From Octopus vulgaris (taxonomy: Eukaryota): a DNA stretch of 64,000 nucleotides. Location of the stretch: NCBI GenBank assembly GCA_951406725.2, contig OX597825.1:4774001-4838000 (forward strand), read 5' to 3'. The position numbers and the translations under genes were made by a program. How positions within the stretch are numbered: the first letter of the stretch is position 1; every line of letters begins with the position of its first letter. The notes under the pieces were generated by a model, which did no database searches, was not told where the DNA came from, and saw only the letters and a list, made by a program, of their open reading frames with translations. Positions 41,241 through 55,544 of this stretch are shown here, one piece after another.

Positions 41241-42218
41241 GATAACAGCATGCTTTTCAGTTTACAGAGTCTACCTGATATCTGACATTATCTTAGAAGT
41301 AAGGTCAAGCAAAAGTTTGAAGAACGTTAGAGTTCTTAAAAGAGGTTAAAAGAGGTTAAAAGAGGTGTGTGTCTCCAAAAGTACTGACTCACCTTGTACA
41401 TGCATAAATGTATAGGTAGTCGGTTGGTAGGTTGTAGGCATTTATTTTCGCAAAGGCATCTGGCTACTAGACATTATGACAGTAATAAATGAAACTTATA
41501 GATGAATCACCGGTGACATAAAGATTATCTTCAATCATGTTATCTGTCAGCCTCACTGAAGATGAAGTAACTTTGCTTTCATAAAGCCTCATCCATTTCT
41601 TTGGCATCATGATGGAGAATATTGTTTTTATCAACCAGAAAATCAACAGGATATCCTAAGCTCCAATATTCTTGCTAAATAACTTGAATATTTTTAGGTT
41701 AAGTTAAATTTACCCAATGTCCATTTTTTTCTTTTCGAATCTTTGTTAACAAGAATTTTCATGCTATTTCGAAGATGTCTTTGTTCGAACGCTTTTATTG
41801 CTGTTGGTACATGCTCTAGTCAGCCCAACACTATAGTAAAAGGCACTTGCTAAAAGCGCCACGTCGTGGGACTAAATTCCGAACCACGTGGTTGGGAAGC
41901 AAGCTTCTTACCACACAACCACTCTTGAATATATATTCTCTTATTCTCTTGTTTCAATCATTAGGCTGTGGACATATATCTATCAATATATCAATGTCAG
42001 CAGATGTCAGTAAGCTGGAAGAGTTGCCAAATTGCCATGCGCTTAGATATTAAGTTACGTCCCTTTACGGCTTAATATCGAGTCCCATTGGTCTCACTCT
42101 TGTTTCTATTCCATTCTTTCGAGACCAACTAAAATAAACAATCAAAATACAATTCATACATGTTCTTGGTGTACAAGTAATTATATTTATTACCTATAAA
42201 TAAATAAACATATACCTC

Positions 42219-42265
<47 letters not shown>

Positions 42266-42321
42266 TATTTCACTACCAAAATTAATGAGCGATTCTTCAA
42301 ATAAATGTTTAGCTGCTTATA

Positions 42322-42391
<70 letters not shown>

Positions 42392-42440
42392 TACATATAT
42401 ACAGATTGAATTGATATATCGGTTCCATTCTAACAAAAAA

Positions 42441-42478
42441 CAGTCTGATGAACGGCAACGAGAAACTCAGAGTAACAG
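42441..42478 (+). ncRNA. Minimal hammerhead motif, same family as 25203-25238
   Basis: CAGU CUGAUGA ACG GCAA CGA GAAA CUCAGAGUA ACAG. Downstream sequence aligns with 25227-25273. Confidence 0.5.
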
Positions 42479-42533
42479 ATTTTGTTGAATTTTCTGCTGC
42501 TTAAAATAATACATATATATATAGATAGATAGT

Positions 42534-42596
<63 letters not shown>

Positions 42597-42597
42597 T

Positions 42598-42662
<65 letters not shown>

Positions 42663-42664
<2 letters not shown>

Positions 42665-42830
42665 GCACAGGAGTGGCTGTGTCGTAAGAAGCTTGCTTCC
42701 CAGTTATATGGTTCCAGGTTCAGTCCCACTGCGTGGCACCTTGGGCAAGTGTCTTCTACTCTAGCCTCGGGCCACCAACCAAAACCTTGTGAGTGGATTT
42801 GGTAGACGGAAACTGAAAGAAGCTCGTCGT
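42663..42830 (+). mobile_element. Family B SINE 5' half
   Basis: aggcacaggagtggctgtgtcgtaagaagc...gtagacggaaactgaaagaagc, followed by long (TA)n. Confidence 0.85.
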
Positions 42831-42879
42831 GTGTATATATATATATATGTATATATATTATATATATCTATATTATATC

Positions 42880-42983
<104 letters not shown>

Positions 42984-43173
42984 ATGCACTGGGTTAGTGA
43001 TTTGTACGTATAGATACATTATTGCATGCATCGTAGACCTCACCTCTATTTTCAACGTCTGTCCACATTTCCCTCATTTTCTGCACTTCTCCCTCTCCGT
43101 CCATCCCATTTACTCTCACCCTCTTTATAACTCTCCCTTTCTATTTTTCCTTATCCTTCTCCTTCTCCGTCAA

Positions 43174-43232
<59 letters not shown>

Positions 43233-43654
43233 GCCTCTTCACTGGGAATCATTTGTACTTTGTTGCTGGCAGCAAATCTGCTTATCTCTGAACGAACACA
43301 TGGTTCCTGTTGTTACATTAAACTGCTCCAAGTGACTGCCATCCGATAAGGTTTGCCACATTAATAGAAACAAACGGCAGACTGGCTGGAAGCGCTTTCA
43401 AACAAGACACACACACAAACACCTACAGATACATGCACCTCTGTGTATTTACACGTACGCACACACGCACGCAAACACATACACACACACATTATATGGA
43501 TTACGTATATTTGTATATAGCTGTGGGCGTGTGTATATTGGTCTCTCTCTCTCTCTCTCTCCTTCCCTCTGTATATATATATCCTTTTCTCCGTCTGCTA
43601 GTTTCTGTCATTGGACTGTGGCCATACTGGAGCATTCATACTTATATATTTACA

Positions 43655-43715
<61 letters not shown>

Positions 43716-44593
43716 ACACACACATGCATATATACATACATACTTGGACCTCTCTTTCTTTAGCTCCCACTATTTCTCATTCGTTTATCTCCCCTGTACC
43801 TTTCTCTTTGTCTCGGATTTTTTTCTAATCCTTCAATCCCGCTGTCCCCTACCTATCTCTCCGCCTTCCACGTGACCGTTGTCCGGCCAGTCATGATCTC
43901 TCTTTTTTGGCATGACTGCCGACCGTAAACACCTCTTATGTCCATCTCCCATGTTCCTGCCTTTAGGTTTTTACTTCCTACACACCAGCTCAATTTGATT
44001 CGTTCTCAGTCGAAAGACACCTGTTGTTATTTCTTGCTGTTTGTATTCGTAATTGTGTACCCTGTTCCCCGCTTTTTTTGCTTATTCATTTATTTGTTTA
44101 TTGGCTTTGTTGCCGTACACATTCGCTAGCTTTCTTAAAAAGGGGTCTAATGCTCTTAGCTTTGACATTTTGTGGGGCAACCAGATCGAACCATCTCAAG
44201 TGTAACTGCCTGAAATGGTCGTGACTTCTGGAACTTGACTGATGAAAGCCACGAATGCCCCGTTTTTTTTTTTCGCCTGTCCTTCTTATTGCTGTTTCCC
44301 TTGTCCACCTTTGTAACGTCTAACTGTCCGAATGTTTTAATGCCCTCTATTGCGTTTTTGCTCCATTTTTACATTTATATTTATATTTATACTTTTGCGC
44401 CATTTTTATATTTATATATATATAATAAGGAGTAATAAGGACATGCGCGCTTACGCGATTACTATGAACATTTATACTCCCTCCCCTTACTTAGCGGTCA
44501 TTCTAATTGCTCTTTTGTCTTAATAACGGTCAATCACACAGTAATTTCCCTTTGTTTTAACGGTCATTTTCATAGCTTTATTTTCGATGGCCC

Positions 44594-44654
44594 GATAACT
44601 GAAGAGATGCCGGCGTGGGTTTCCGTCCCGACATCCGAAATTCGGTGTTTTATC
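44594..44654 (+). ncRNA. Type I hammerhead motif in a Penelope-like terminal repeat (element about 44430-44692)
   Basis: GAUAA CUGAAGA GAUGCCGG...CCGACAUC C GAAA UUCGGU GUU UUAUC. Stem I GAUAA/UUAUC. Confidence 0.55.
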
Positions 44655-44692
44655 ATGGCTACCGAATGATTGCCACATATTATAATTACAGA

Positions 44693-44736
<44 letters not shown>

Positions 44737-45436
44737 TATGATACCTAACGCTTATAGCTGTTGTTGAGTAGTTGTTACTGGAAGAGAAATGCGTCTGTTC
44801 AAAATTTCATTTAACTGGGTCTAAGAGTGCATTTATACATTTATATACAAACATACATCCATATAGATACGTGTGTGGATATACGTGTGTATGTATGTAC
44901 ATGTGTGTATATGTTTATGTACACGCATTGACATATGTGTTTGTTTGTATTTGCGCGTATGTATGTAATAAATATATACATTCGTATTAATATATATTTA
45001 TATGCACCAGACATAATATACAATCAAATAGTTCACAGAGGACATTGCCTGCTAGCTATACACCAAAGCAACAATAATTGCATATTGCATAGAGTGGCGG
45101 GGGGTGACACCTGCTTTTTCGGGTAGCTGGGTGGGAAGACTTGGGTCGTTCGATGTTTCTCACAAAGAAGTATTAGTGATGAAGGCACAAGTGGTTTGTA
45201 TATATATATACAAACACATATGTATATATACGTGTATGTATATGTATTTACATATATATGTATTTGTATATATATATATGTATATGTATATATATATATA
45301 CACGCGCGAGCGCGTGTGTATGTGTTAATAGTGGGCTAATATATAATCCCAATTCACTTAACTATAATAAGTGATTATCCGAGCTTCAGTTCCCTATTGT
45401 TTTTGATATTGTTTATGCTAGTGTTGTTGTTGATTT

Positions 45437-45612
<176 letters not shown>

Positions 45613-45855
45613 CATTTTTTTTCTTCTTCTTTCAAATTTGCTTCCATTTCTTGCCGAGTGTCTTCCCGACTCCTAGGGCAAAGAAACTCATAGTATACAT
45701 TGGTAGGCCATTAAACCAAACTCAGTAGTTCGTTCATTTTTTTTTTTTTTTTAGTTAAATTAAAATACATGAGCAGCAACAGTTCTCACATCGACAATGC
45801 TCTTCTCAATACGTGTGATGTACCAGTTAAGACAATTGTACCAGTTAAGACAATT
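45613..45855 (-). mobile_element. Probable 3'-UTR-only fragment of a second Dong/R4-like element between (TAA)n tracts
   Basis: Minus strand ends ccctaggagtcgggaagacactcggcaagaaatgg...(TAA)n, reminiscent of Dong/Rex6 3' ends (recall). 18-bp tandem duplication at its 5' junction. Confidence 0.45.
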
Positions 45856-45862
45856 TATTATT

Positions 45863-45912
<50 letters not shown>

Positions 45913-45918
45913 CATTAT

Positions 45919-48016
45919 TCAGTAGTTTTATTTTTATAGCGTGCTTTCACTTCACTACCGAGCGCAGCTCTGTGTGCCTTGGGTATGTGCTGTGATTTGT
46001 TGTGATGCTCTGATGGTTATTGTATGGAAAGTGTTCTGCGTAGGATGTGTGCAGTGCCTAGTAGTGCAATTTTCTGTATGTTATATGTGTTTGTAAGTCC
46101 TGGTGTTTTTGTTATGTATTTGTCTGAATATTTTTTTATCATGCCTAATGCACCTACTATGATAGGAATTGTTTCTGTTTTCAGATTCCACATTCTAGTT
46201 ATCTCTATTTCCAGGTCTTTGTATTTTGAGAGTTTCTCCATTTCTTTTAGAGACACGTTGTCATCAGCCGGTATTGATACATCAATTAGAAAGCATTTTT
46301 TTTCTTCATGATCTCTGACAACTATATCTGGTCTGTTGGCCTTAATTTCTCTATCTGTGTGTATCGGCATATCCCAGAGTATGGTTGCTTTCTCGTTTTC
46401 TGTGACCTTTTCTGGTGTGTGCCTATACCATCTTTTTTCTGTTGTTATTCCATAATGTTGGCATAGCTTCCAATGTATGTAGGTTCCAACTCTGTCATGT
46501 CTGTGAATATATTCCTTCTTAGCCAGGACTGGGCAGCTAGAGATAATATAATTTATTGTTTCTTGTCCATCTCCACATATTCTGCAGTTACTTGTAATAT
46601 TTCTTTTCATTACATGTTTTTGGTAATTTCTGGTGGGGAGGCTTTGGTCTTGTGCTGCAATTAAAAATCCCTCTGTTTCTGCTTTGAGTCCTGAGCTCCT
46701 CAACCATTGCTGGGATTTTTCTTTGTCTATTTCTTTTGCGTTTAGTTTAGTCCAGTATTTACCATGAAGGGGCTTTTCTTGCCATCGTTTTATCATGGTT
46801 CGTTGCTGTTCTATTTTTAGTTTGGATTTCATTTGTTTTATAGTTTTGTTGTTTCTTCATCTTCTTCTTCTTCATGTTTATTAGGTGGTATGATTTCTTG
46901 TTTGTATTTGTCAGCTTCCTTAAATACTGAGAACAGTTTTTTGTTTTGCTCGTGTTTTGCTGCTATCTGGATCAGTTTTCCTTCCTTCTGAAGTAGATAT
47001 TTTGCAGTCCTATGGTGGTTATTTTATAGTAGTTTTCCAGCTGTATAAGGCCTCTACCACCTTCTATACGTTGTATATATAGTCTTTCTATGTCAGATTT
47101 TGGGTGATGCATCCTAGATCCTGTCATTATTTTTCTTGTTTTCCTATCTATTTTGGTCAGTTAATTTCGTGTCCAGTTAAGGATATTGTAGCTGTAACTT
47201 ATAACTGGGACAGCTAAAGTGTTGATACCTATTATCTTGTTTTTGGCATTGAGCTCTGTTTTTAGTATTGATCTAACTCGTCTATAATATTCTTTTTTTA
47301 TTTTCTCTTTCATTTGTGCGTGTTGTGTCTTATCTAGTTCATGGATTCCTAAGTATTTGTAAGTTTGGCTTTGGTCTAATTCTTTTATTTCATTGGTTTT
47401 ATCTAGTGTGATGTTGTTACTCTTAACTAGTTTTCCTCTTTTCATGGTTACTTTGGCGCATTTTTCTAATCCAAATTTCATATCTATTTCTTTGGTAAAT
47501 CCATGAACTGTCTTTAATAGTGTTTCCAGCTGTTTGTCATTTGCAGCGTATAGTTTTAGGTCATCCATATATAAAAGGTGGCTGATCGTTTTGCCGTAAC
47601 ATTTATATCCGCATCCAGTTCTATTTAGCATATCAGATAGAGGTGACAGTGCCAAGCAGAAAAGGAGTGGAGAGAGCGTGTCTCCCTGGAATATTCCTCT
47701 TGTAATGGGGATGTCTTTGGTTTTCATGAGTCCCTCTTTTGTTTGGAGGTGTAGGACTGTTTGCCATTTATTCATAGAGAGCTCTATGAATTTTATGATT
47801 GTTGGTGCTACTTTGTTAATGGCTAGTGTTTCGAGGATCCATGTGTGGGGGATGCTATCAAACGCCTTTTTGTAGTCAATCCAGGCCATACTGAGGCCTT
47901 TCTTCTTTCTGTGGCTGTCTTCAGTTATGGCTTTATTAATCATTAGTTGATCTTTACAGCCATATGAGCCTTTGCGGCATCCTTTCTGCTCTTCTGGGAA
48001 CAGCCTTTGTGATATC
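45919..48016 (-). mobile_element. 5'-truncated Dong/R4-clade non-LTR retrotransposon (RT, zinc knuckle, restriction-like endonuclease), inactivated
   Basis: RT motifs: EEQKGC, WIDYKKAFDSIPH, GIFQGDTLSPLLF, YMDDLK, YKYLG. C-terminus: CRIC-x8-Y-x4-C, RHD, RPDIVV, IDV, KLSKY. In-frame stop at 47161-47163, frameshifts in A-runs near 47002 and 46845, final stop at 46017-46019, about 100-bp 3' UTR, (TAA)n at both ends. Confidence 0.93.
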
Positions 48017-48018
48017 TT

Positions 48019-48101
<83 letters not shown>

Positions 48102-48125
48102 TATTATTATTATCATTATCATTAC

Positions 48126-48196
<71 letters not shown>

Positions 48197-48211
48197 GTAT
48201 TAGTATTATTA

Positions 48212-48260
<49 letters not shown>

Positions 48261-48268
48261 CATTACTA
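48017..48268. repeat. (TTA)n microsatellite, target of the Dong insertion
   Basis: Directly visible. Confidence 0.95.
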
Positions 48269-49789
48269 TTCAGGCAGCGAACCAGCAGAATGTAGGCGCG
48301 TCGGACAACTTTATTGCTGAGCGCCATTTCTGCCGGTTCTTTACGTTCTCAGTTTATATGCTGGCGCGGTTAGCTCACCTTTTTCCTCTTTGTGTGATCG
48401 ATAAAGTAGGTACCAGTGAAATCCATAAACAAATCAATCTGATTCTGTAAGATTTTATGATAATAAATACATTGGCAGTAATATACATCGATTATGTAAA
48501 CGAATAGAAATTTACATCGATAGCGATTTTATTTTTTATTTTACTTTAAGTTATATATTTATAATTATTTTATTTTTATTTTTATTTTTACCCCATTACT
48601 ATATTTTTATTTTCTAATATTATTGTTTTAAAATTCTTAACATACACATACATATACGCAGTAAATATATATTTCTTAATCAACATGTAACTATTTCCAT
48701 TGTACTCTAGCCCTTATGAGATTCTACCCAATAGTATTCAAAATGTAATTTTATTCTAATCTTTGGATTTATTTTTCAATTTGCAATTATATATTGGACC
48801 GAATTGAAACATACGTAGGCCTTTTTTTTTTCTTTTGCAGTTTGTTAAGAAATTAATTTTATATCCTTATCAGCTTTTCATTCTTCTTCTTTAATCATAT
48901 GATATGATATATATATATATATATATACATATACACACACTTGTATTCTTTTTTTAACTTAGGATGTGTCTCAGCACGTATATGAGTGCTCATCCATCTT
49001 CTTAAGTCATCATTCTTCTTAAATCATCAAATTCCGATAAAAGTCATAACCTAAGCCATCTCAAAGTTATTTCTAAAGAATTTCACTATAAAAATATCCA
49101 TTTTTCTGAAAGTTATCAGGAATAACGTCGAGAAACACACTCGTATACCCATACTAAGGATTTTTATAGTTAATTCATTTTTAGCTACCTTCCATGAGCA
49201 TTGTGATTAAACGGATATTACACGTCTTTTTGGTCGTTTTAACTTGCTTCAGGCATTAAATATATTTCTCTCGTTCAGACGAATTAACTGTGTCTAATAG
49301 CATTTGTGTCTAGTTACCGCCTACTCAAACACACAGATGCTGTCGTATAAAGTCACTCATATAAGCACACTGAGATACACATATACATATACATATTGGC
49401 AGAGGTGTGCATGTGATTGAGATGAATTTACGCTGTTAAAAGAGTCATGTGAATGAGAAGAAGAAACAAAAACAAATGCAAAATCTAAAGCGAATATATA
49501 CAATGCATAGCACTTACATATCTGCACTCGCAAACACACGCACATGAAGAAAGATCAACAAAAAGGACCCAGCCTCTCACACAAACCATTGCAAAAACAC
49601 CCACCCCTTATACATAAAAAATACACACTCGTTTATACGAAATGCACATACAAATACAAATATTACGTATAGAAAGTCACACATTCTCACACACGCAAAA
49701 TAAATAAATATTATATAATTTACACAATAATAAACATACGCCCACAAAAACTGCAAAGTCACCACACCCAAACAAAATAACGATTTCAT

Positions 49790-50400
49790 GTTTTGGTACA
49801 AGGCCACCCGTCATAGAAAAGGGAAATGGTCGATTACATTGGAACTTATTTTATCGACCCTGAATGAATGAAAAGTAGAGAAAACTGCGGTGCAATTTGA
49901 AATCAGAACTTAAAACACCGGAAGAAATTCCGCTAAAGATTTTGCCTGACATGTTAACGATTCTACCAGTTCATTCGTTTTAATTTTGTCACAAAGTCAG
50001 TAACTTTATGTCATTGGATAAATCGATTTCATCGATCCCAAGATTTGACTGATTATGTTAGTTTATCGATCCCCGCACCCCCGAAAGGGTGTATGGGAAA
50101 GTTGGTCTCGATAGTATTTGAGCTCATAACGCGAGGACTCAAGAGAAACATTGCTAAGCATTTTTTTTAACATATTAACCGTTCTACCAGCTCACGGCCT
50201 TTCCATGCAAAAACAATAATAATTTCTACGATAGGCCCAAAGTCACACACTCTAGGGCGAGGGGAAAGGTTAAGCGAGTACTTCGATCCAAATACTTGAC
50301 ACGTATTTTTTCCATTGAGTTCAGATCGATGGAAAGGAAGGTCGATTGCAACAGGATTTTTAATTCAGAACGTAAAAAAGCAGTGCAAATACTACCACAA
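49790..50400 (-). mobile_element. Three consecutive degenerate family A SINE copies
   Basis: Recurring ttttatcgacc...gatgaaa...atttgaactcagaac-like motifs near 49850, 50063 and 50300. Confidence 0.6.
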
Positions 50401-50916
50401 CGCATTTTCAATGACCCTCTACCGAAGATATTAATCTATAGCTCTTACACCAGCAATGATAAACCGTATGTGTTTGTATACTGTTTATATACTGCGTTTG
50501 TATACTTGTATACTGCAGGCTCGCAGGTGGATAACTGCGAGCCTGCGGCTGAAATGGAAGTCCAAATCGATATTACACTGGATTAAAGCTAAAGAAAACC
50601 TTGGTTTCTTTCCTGTTTCATTTCCCTCAATGGTTTCATCCTTGACGAGGCCTGAGATCAAAATAATTCCCGTCATGGCCATTCTGTCTTTCATTCTACA
50701 TATCATATCGGACTATATTTGAAATGTGTCCTTTGCTTTTTTAATGTCTTTCAAAGCGATGTGAGGGATATCTGGCTGCTACTTCAATGAGATCGAATGA
50801 CCATATAAGACGCCACTCATTAGTTTCGACCCATAAGTTGATGTCGGTGTCATCGAGAAATCTTGTGGTCGAAAGCGTTTCAGTAGTGACAATCTCATCT
50901 GTTTCTATATCTAAAA

Positions 50917-51215
50917 ACTGGTTCTCCGTCGGTTGCGATGAAATGGGTTCCAGTTGATCCAATCAACGGAACAGCATGCCCTTGAAATTAATTTGCAAGT
51001 GGCTGAGTACTCCACAGACATGTGTACCCTTAACATAGTTCTCAGCGAGATTCAGCGTGGCACAAAATGCGGCAGGGCTGGCTCTTTTAAATACAATTAC
51101 AACTCACTATTGGCAGCTGAGTGGATTGGAGAAACGTGAAATAGAGTGCCTCGCTCAAGAACACAACGCGCCGCCGTGAGCCGAACACCGTAACCAATAA
51201 TCCAAACGCCTTCAC
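50917..51215 (-). mobile_element. Family C SINE
   Basis: Aligns with 10295-10558 and with the reverse complement of 32033-32305. Confidence 0.8.
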
Positions 51216-52138
51216 TAAAATGAAGTCGAGTTGTATGTTTCTATTCAAGCGAACTTTTTCTTTGCGATCTCTTCGGAAAGGCTGGACAGGACGGTACCGA
51301 AGGGATGCCCCAGAATGGCAATTCCCCCGGCGATGCCACCGCTCGCCTCTCGGAAATGATGAGCAGATTTCATTATCTTTGACTACATTAATTTATCGAC
51401 GTCAGTAGCAGACTGGACTGCTTTGGTTAGTCTTATATTTCATGACCATGGTAAAATGAAAGTCACAACTGATGGCAGCGGAAATTGATAACCGGAAGGA
51501 AGCATCGAAAGCAATGCTGTCAGACGATTTAGTGTCCGGACCTATTTGTCGTCTCTCTTGAACTTAGATTCTAGAAAACTACTTTCCTAATTCAAAACAA
51601 GCATAATAAACTATTAGATATTAGACATCGACTAACATATATACATAGAAAAAAAAATAATGTCATTCAAACACACACACCACCACCAACAACAACATAA
51701 CCACCACCGCACGTCACAGATGCACTACAATTCACATACAGATGTACTAATGCTAAACCATTCCAGAAATCAATACAAAACAAATGACTTCTTTGTACAA
51801 GCAAATATCACTTTCACACAACTGGGAGGCTTCTCAGCGCCTCTCTGTCGTGAAATGGTGACGGGTGACGGGTTGAACGAGGCGCTGGCAACGTTTCTTA
51901 TTAAAAATAAAAAGAGAAAGAAAGAGGAAAATGAAATGCTGCGATTGGAATGAATTCATGGCCAAACCCAGATGCAGCATGGCAGGGAAGGAAAAACGTT
52001 GAGGAATTAAGAACAAAAGATAATATTTGTTCATATTATCTTTACTTAAGTATATATATATACACACACGCACGAGCACACACATACTTATAGACACACA
52101 GTCACACACAGTAATACTCAAACACACACATACACACA

Positions 52139-52183
<45 letters not shown>

Positions 52184-53887
52184 GTATATATATAAAGAGA
52201 GAGTCTAAAGTATTTTTACAATAAACAGTTGCAAAGCACGCACGCTGACACACACACACACACATACACACACACATATGCACACACATATACCCTCTGT
52301 CTCTTTCTCTCTCTCTCTCCAGCTCTTTCTCTCTCTCCATCTCTGTCTTTCTCGCCATCTCTCTCTTTCTGTCCATCTCTCTCCGTCTCTCTCTCTCTCT
52401 CTCTCACTATTATGCACACAAAATGTATAAGCATGCAATTACGTGCCGTAACAAACAGCAACTCATATCCATTCATATATTCATGAATGTAGATGTGCAA
52501 ACCACCTCCAATTCAAGGAATTCGAGTTGGCCTTCATCTCATATCTGTGCAACGCTGTGCTACTACAATAATATACTTAAAACATATTACTTTACATGCG
52601 TCTAACTTTGAAATAGTTTAAATATAATAACACAGTTTTCTTTTTCTAAATACAGTTATGCAGACTAGACTTGAGAACCGAAAGAGCGTCCCAACTTTAC
52701 CATTCGTCGTCATTGAATATTTCACGCTCTCTGTCTACAGAATACAGCATCGTCTTTCCTACCGCATCTATATTTTTTGTACGTGATGTATTTGTTATTG
52801 TCCCGAATATGGGATCAGCTGGCTGGTTTTAATTTCCTGATTTATTATCATATACATCTAACATTTCTTGATTAAACAGACATTTTTACAGCTTTTCCTG
52901 TATGTTTTGAGAAATCAGATCCGTTGTTAAAACAACGATATCGAATGAAGAAATGATATCGGTAGAATGCTGGCAGAACAAACGAAGAGTTCAAATCCTC
53001 TTTGAGCCTAATTTAAATCTCTGATTTGCCGTCAATCACGTGTCGCTTTATAATATTCCTTCTCTTCCTCTTTATCTCCTCCTCTTCTTGTTCTTCTTCC
53101 TCCTCTTCAACTACTTTCCCTTCTTCTCCTTCCTCCTCCTTTTCCTTCTCTTCTTCCTGCACATCTTCTTCCTCATCTTCCGCATCTTCTTCCACCTTCT
53201 CCTCCTTTTCGACCTCTTCTTCTTTTCCTCCTCCTTTTCCTCTTCCTAGTTCTTCTTTTCTTCCTCTTTTTCTCGCATCTATAGCCGTGTCTGAGAGAGA
53301 GAGAGAACGAGAGAGAGAAAGAGAGAGAGATAGAATTGTTAGAAGAGTGAGCTGCAGGTTGCACGGGGTGACATAGAAAAGCAGAGTATTTTCATTAGCT
53401 CGTGTTTATATAATGTACATTTCGTTACAAAGGACGGAAGCAGTATTAGTTCAAAATAGCATTCTTTGTATCTTACTAAATGTTGACACACTGTAGGAAA
53501 GCCACATCTTTGCGATATTAAGCAAGCATCTCGTGTAGACTAACTGCTAAAAAGAAAAACCACAGAAAAATCATCAGCAGACCAAGTCACCAGCAGCAGC
53601 GGTGGGATTGTTATAGACTCGGGATTTCTGTGTATTTACGACACCATTAATTTGTTTGTTACTGTTTTCTTTATCAGCGGAAGCGAAATTTCTCTGACCA
53701 TGCAGGTTGATAGTGGACACTTGCTATGACGCACAAAGACGCAGAAATCCGGATCTCGCTATTTCACAGCTGCTACTCGAAATTTTTCGGCTGCTCCCGA
53801 TACTTCTGTGACTTTTAGAACTATATAAATTCACCAGATGTCTTATCAAGTCGAACTACACAGCGTGTTCAGGCTGTCTTTCATTAT

Positions 53888-54040
53888 AGAGTGCCTTCAA
53901 GATTTTCGCCCCTTAGGTGTTTCCATATATCTAGTTCTACATATATACCCTCTTCAAACTTGGCGCCGGATAGAGCTGGAAATTTACGTAAATACTTGAA
54001 GCCTTCATCTTGTAGCAAAGCTTTTACGAATTGCTTCACG
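53888..54040 (-). mobile_element. Isolated 153-bp duplicate of the transposase segment at 55929-56080
   Basis: 10 differences by eye over about 153 bp. Encodes VKQFVKALLQDEGFKYLRKFPALS. Confidence 0.85.
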
Positions 54041-54809
54041 TTAAGTAAGATATACAGCATGCTAAGTGTTCACTGGTATCGCAAATGGTCTTCAGAAATC
54101 CATTTCCATCTGAATAAATCTCTTCAGTGTTAATAGCATCGCATGCTGAACGTAGTTCCTTCCATTTGGTACCAGATGGAGGTAAAAAAAACAACGAAGA
54201 AATATTCGTAACATTAAAGCATAAGTATCACATACATATCATAAACTCGATATAAATAAACAACTTCTCAGTGGAGGCAACTGTTTTACAGGAGATAAGG
54301 TATTTGTCATGGCACTCCTGTAGCATGAATTGTGTGTTAATGCATATAACTACGAAATTGAATTAGAGGCTTAAATTCTAGATATAGCATCAAGAAGAGA
54401 AGAAGGACATACAAACGTTTAAATATTTACATCATAATTGAACAGAAAGCCGTGGGCAAGAATTAAAACTTCCAGAGAACTGAACACGACATTCAGTTTG
54501 GATTAAATACACATCACGCACATTATAATGTTATTCCCCTCATCGTTGTTGTCGTTGCTGTTGTTGTTGTTGATGATGATGATGATGATATAGTTGTTGT
54601 TCTTCTTATTCTTTTTGTGGTGGTGGTGGTGGTGGTGGTGGTTGTGGTGATGGTTTTTTTCTTGATACATTTGTTTAGCCCCAAGCTAAACCTGATTCAG
54701 AAAGCACGTGCATGGGCACACTACGTCGACCATCCCTTATGTGCATGCGCATAAATACGCACGAAAAATACACTCATAAAATACTTAACACACTATGGCT
54801 ATCGATATG

Positions 54810-55168
54810 GATATGTATGTATATGTAGGTGTTTGGCTGTTTGTGTGTGCATGTGTGTGTATGTGTGTGAGTGTGTGTGTGTGTGTTTGTGTGTGTATGT
54901 GTATGTCTCTGTGTCTGTATATGCGTGTATATGTGTGTGTATGTATGTGTGTATGTGTGTATATGTGTGTGCGTGTGTTTGCGTGTGTCTGTGTGTATGT
55001 GTGTATGTGTGTATGTGTGTGTATGTGTGCGTGCGTGTATGTTTGTGTGCGTATCAGTGTTTGTGTGCGTATCTGAGTTTGTATGTGTGTGTATGTGTGT
55101 ATGTGTCTGTATGTGTATGTGTGTGTATGTGTGTATGTGTGTGTTTGTGTGCGTGTGTGTGTGTGTGT
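54810..55168. repeat. Degenerate (TG)n/(TGTA)n tract
   Basis: Directly visible. Confidence 0.9.
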
Positions 55169-55544
55169 ACTGCTTTTTGTGATACAGAAACCATGGTTTG
55201 AAACAAACTGCATTTTAGTCAACTGTACATATATCCGTAGTGTGAATAAAATAGCACAAGTCTTCGAAATGGAACTGTTTGAAAATTGTTTTGATATTTG
55301 TGCGTGACTTAATATATTTTTGTGCTGCTAATTCCAAATAACATAGCGCTTTCACATTAACTGTTTCTCATAATTCTACGTTGAAATATACCATAATTTG
55401 TTGGTAAATCCACATTAGGACGAAATGAAAGGAGTCAAAATGAATCTGGAACTTTCTTTATCAAAGGAAAATAGCATAAATGCAATTGACAGGTAAAGAA
55501 ATACATTTTTACAAGGATTCTATTTATTTTATAGGCTAGCACCT

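Noticed and set aside
41337-41366. (taaaagaggt)x3 tandem repeat
   Set aside because: Short local slippage repeat; not telomeric and no associated structure.
47161-48327. 388-aa ORF with poly-Asn fused to reverse transcriptase as a novel chimeric gene
   Set aside because: The poly-Asn is the (AAT)n target microsatellite read in frame, and the ATG lies in a decayed SINE. The RT is truncated and ends at a premature stop.
53650-53712. Pyrimidine tract plus CAG acceptor suggesting a micro-exon
   Set aside because: No good donor or reading-frame support.
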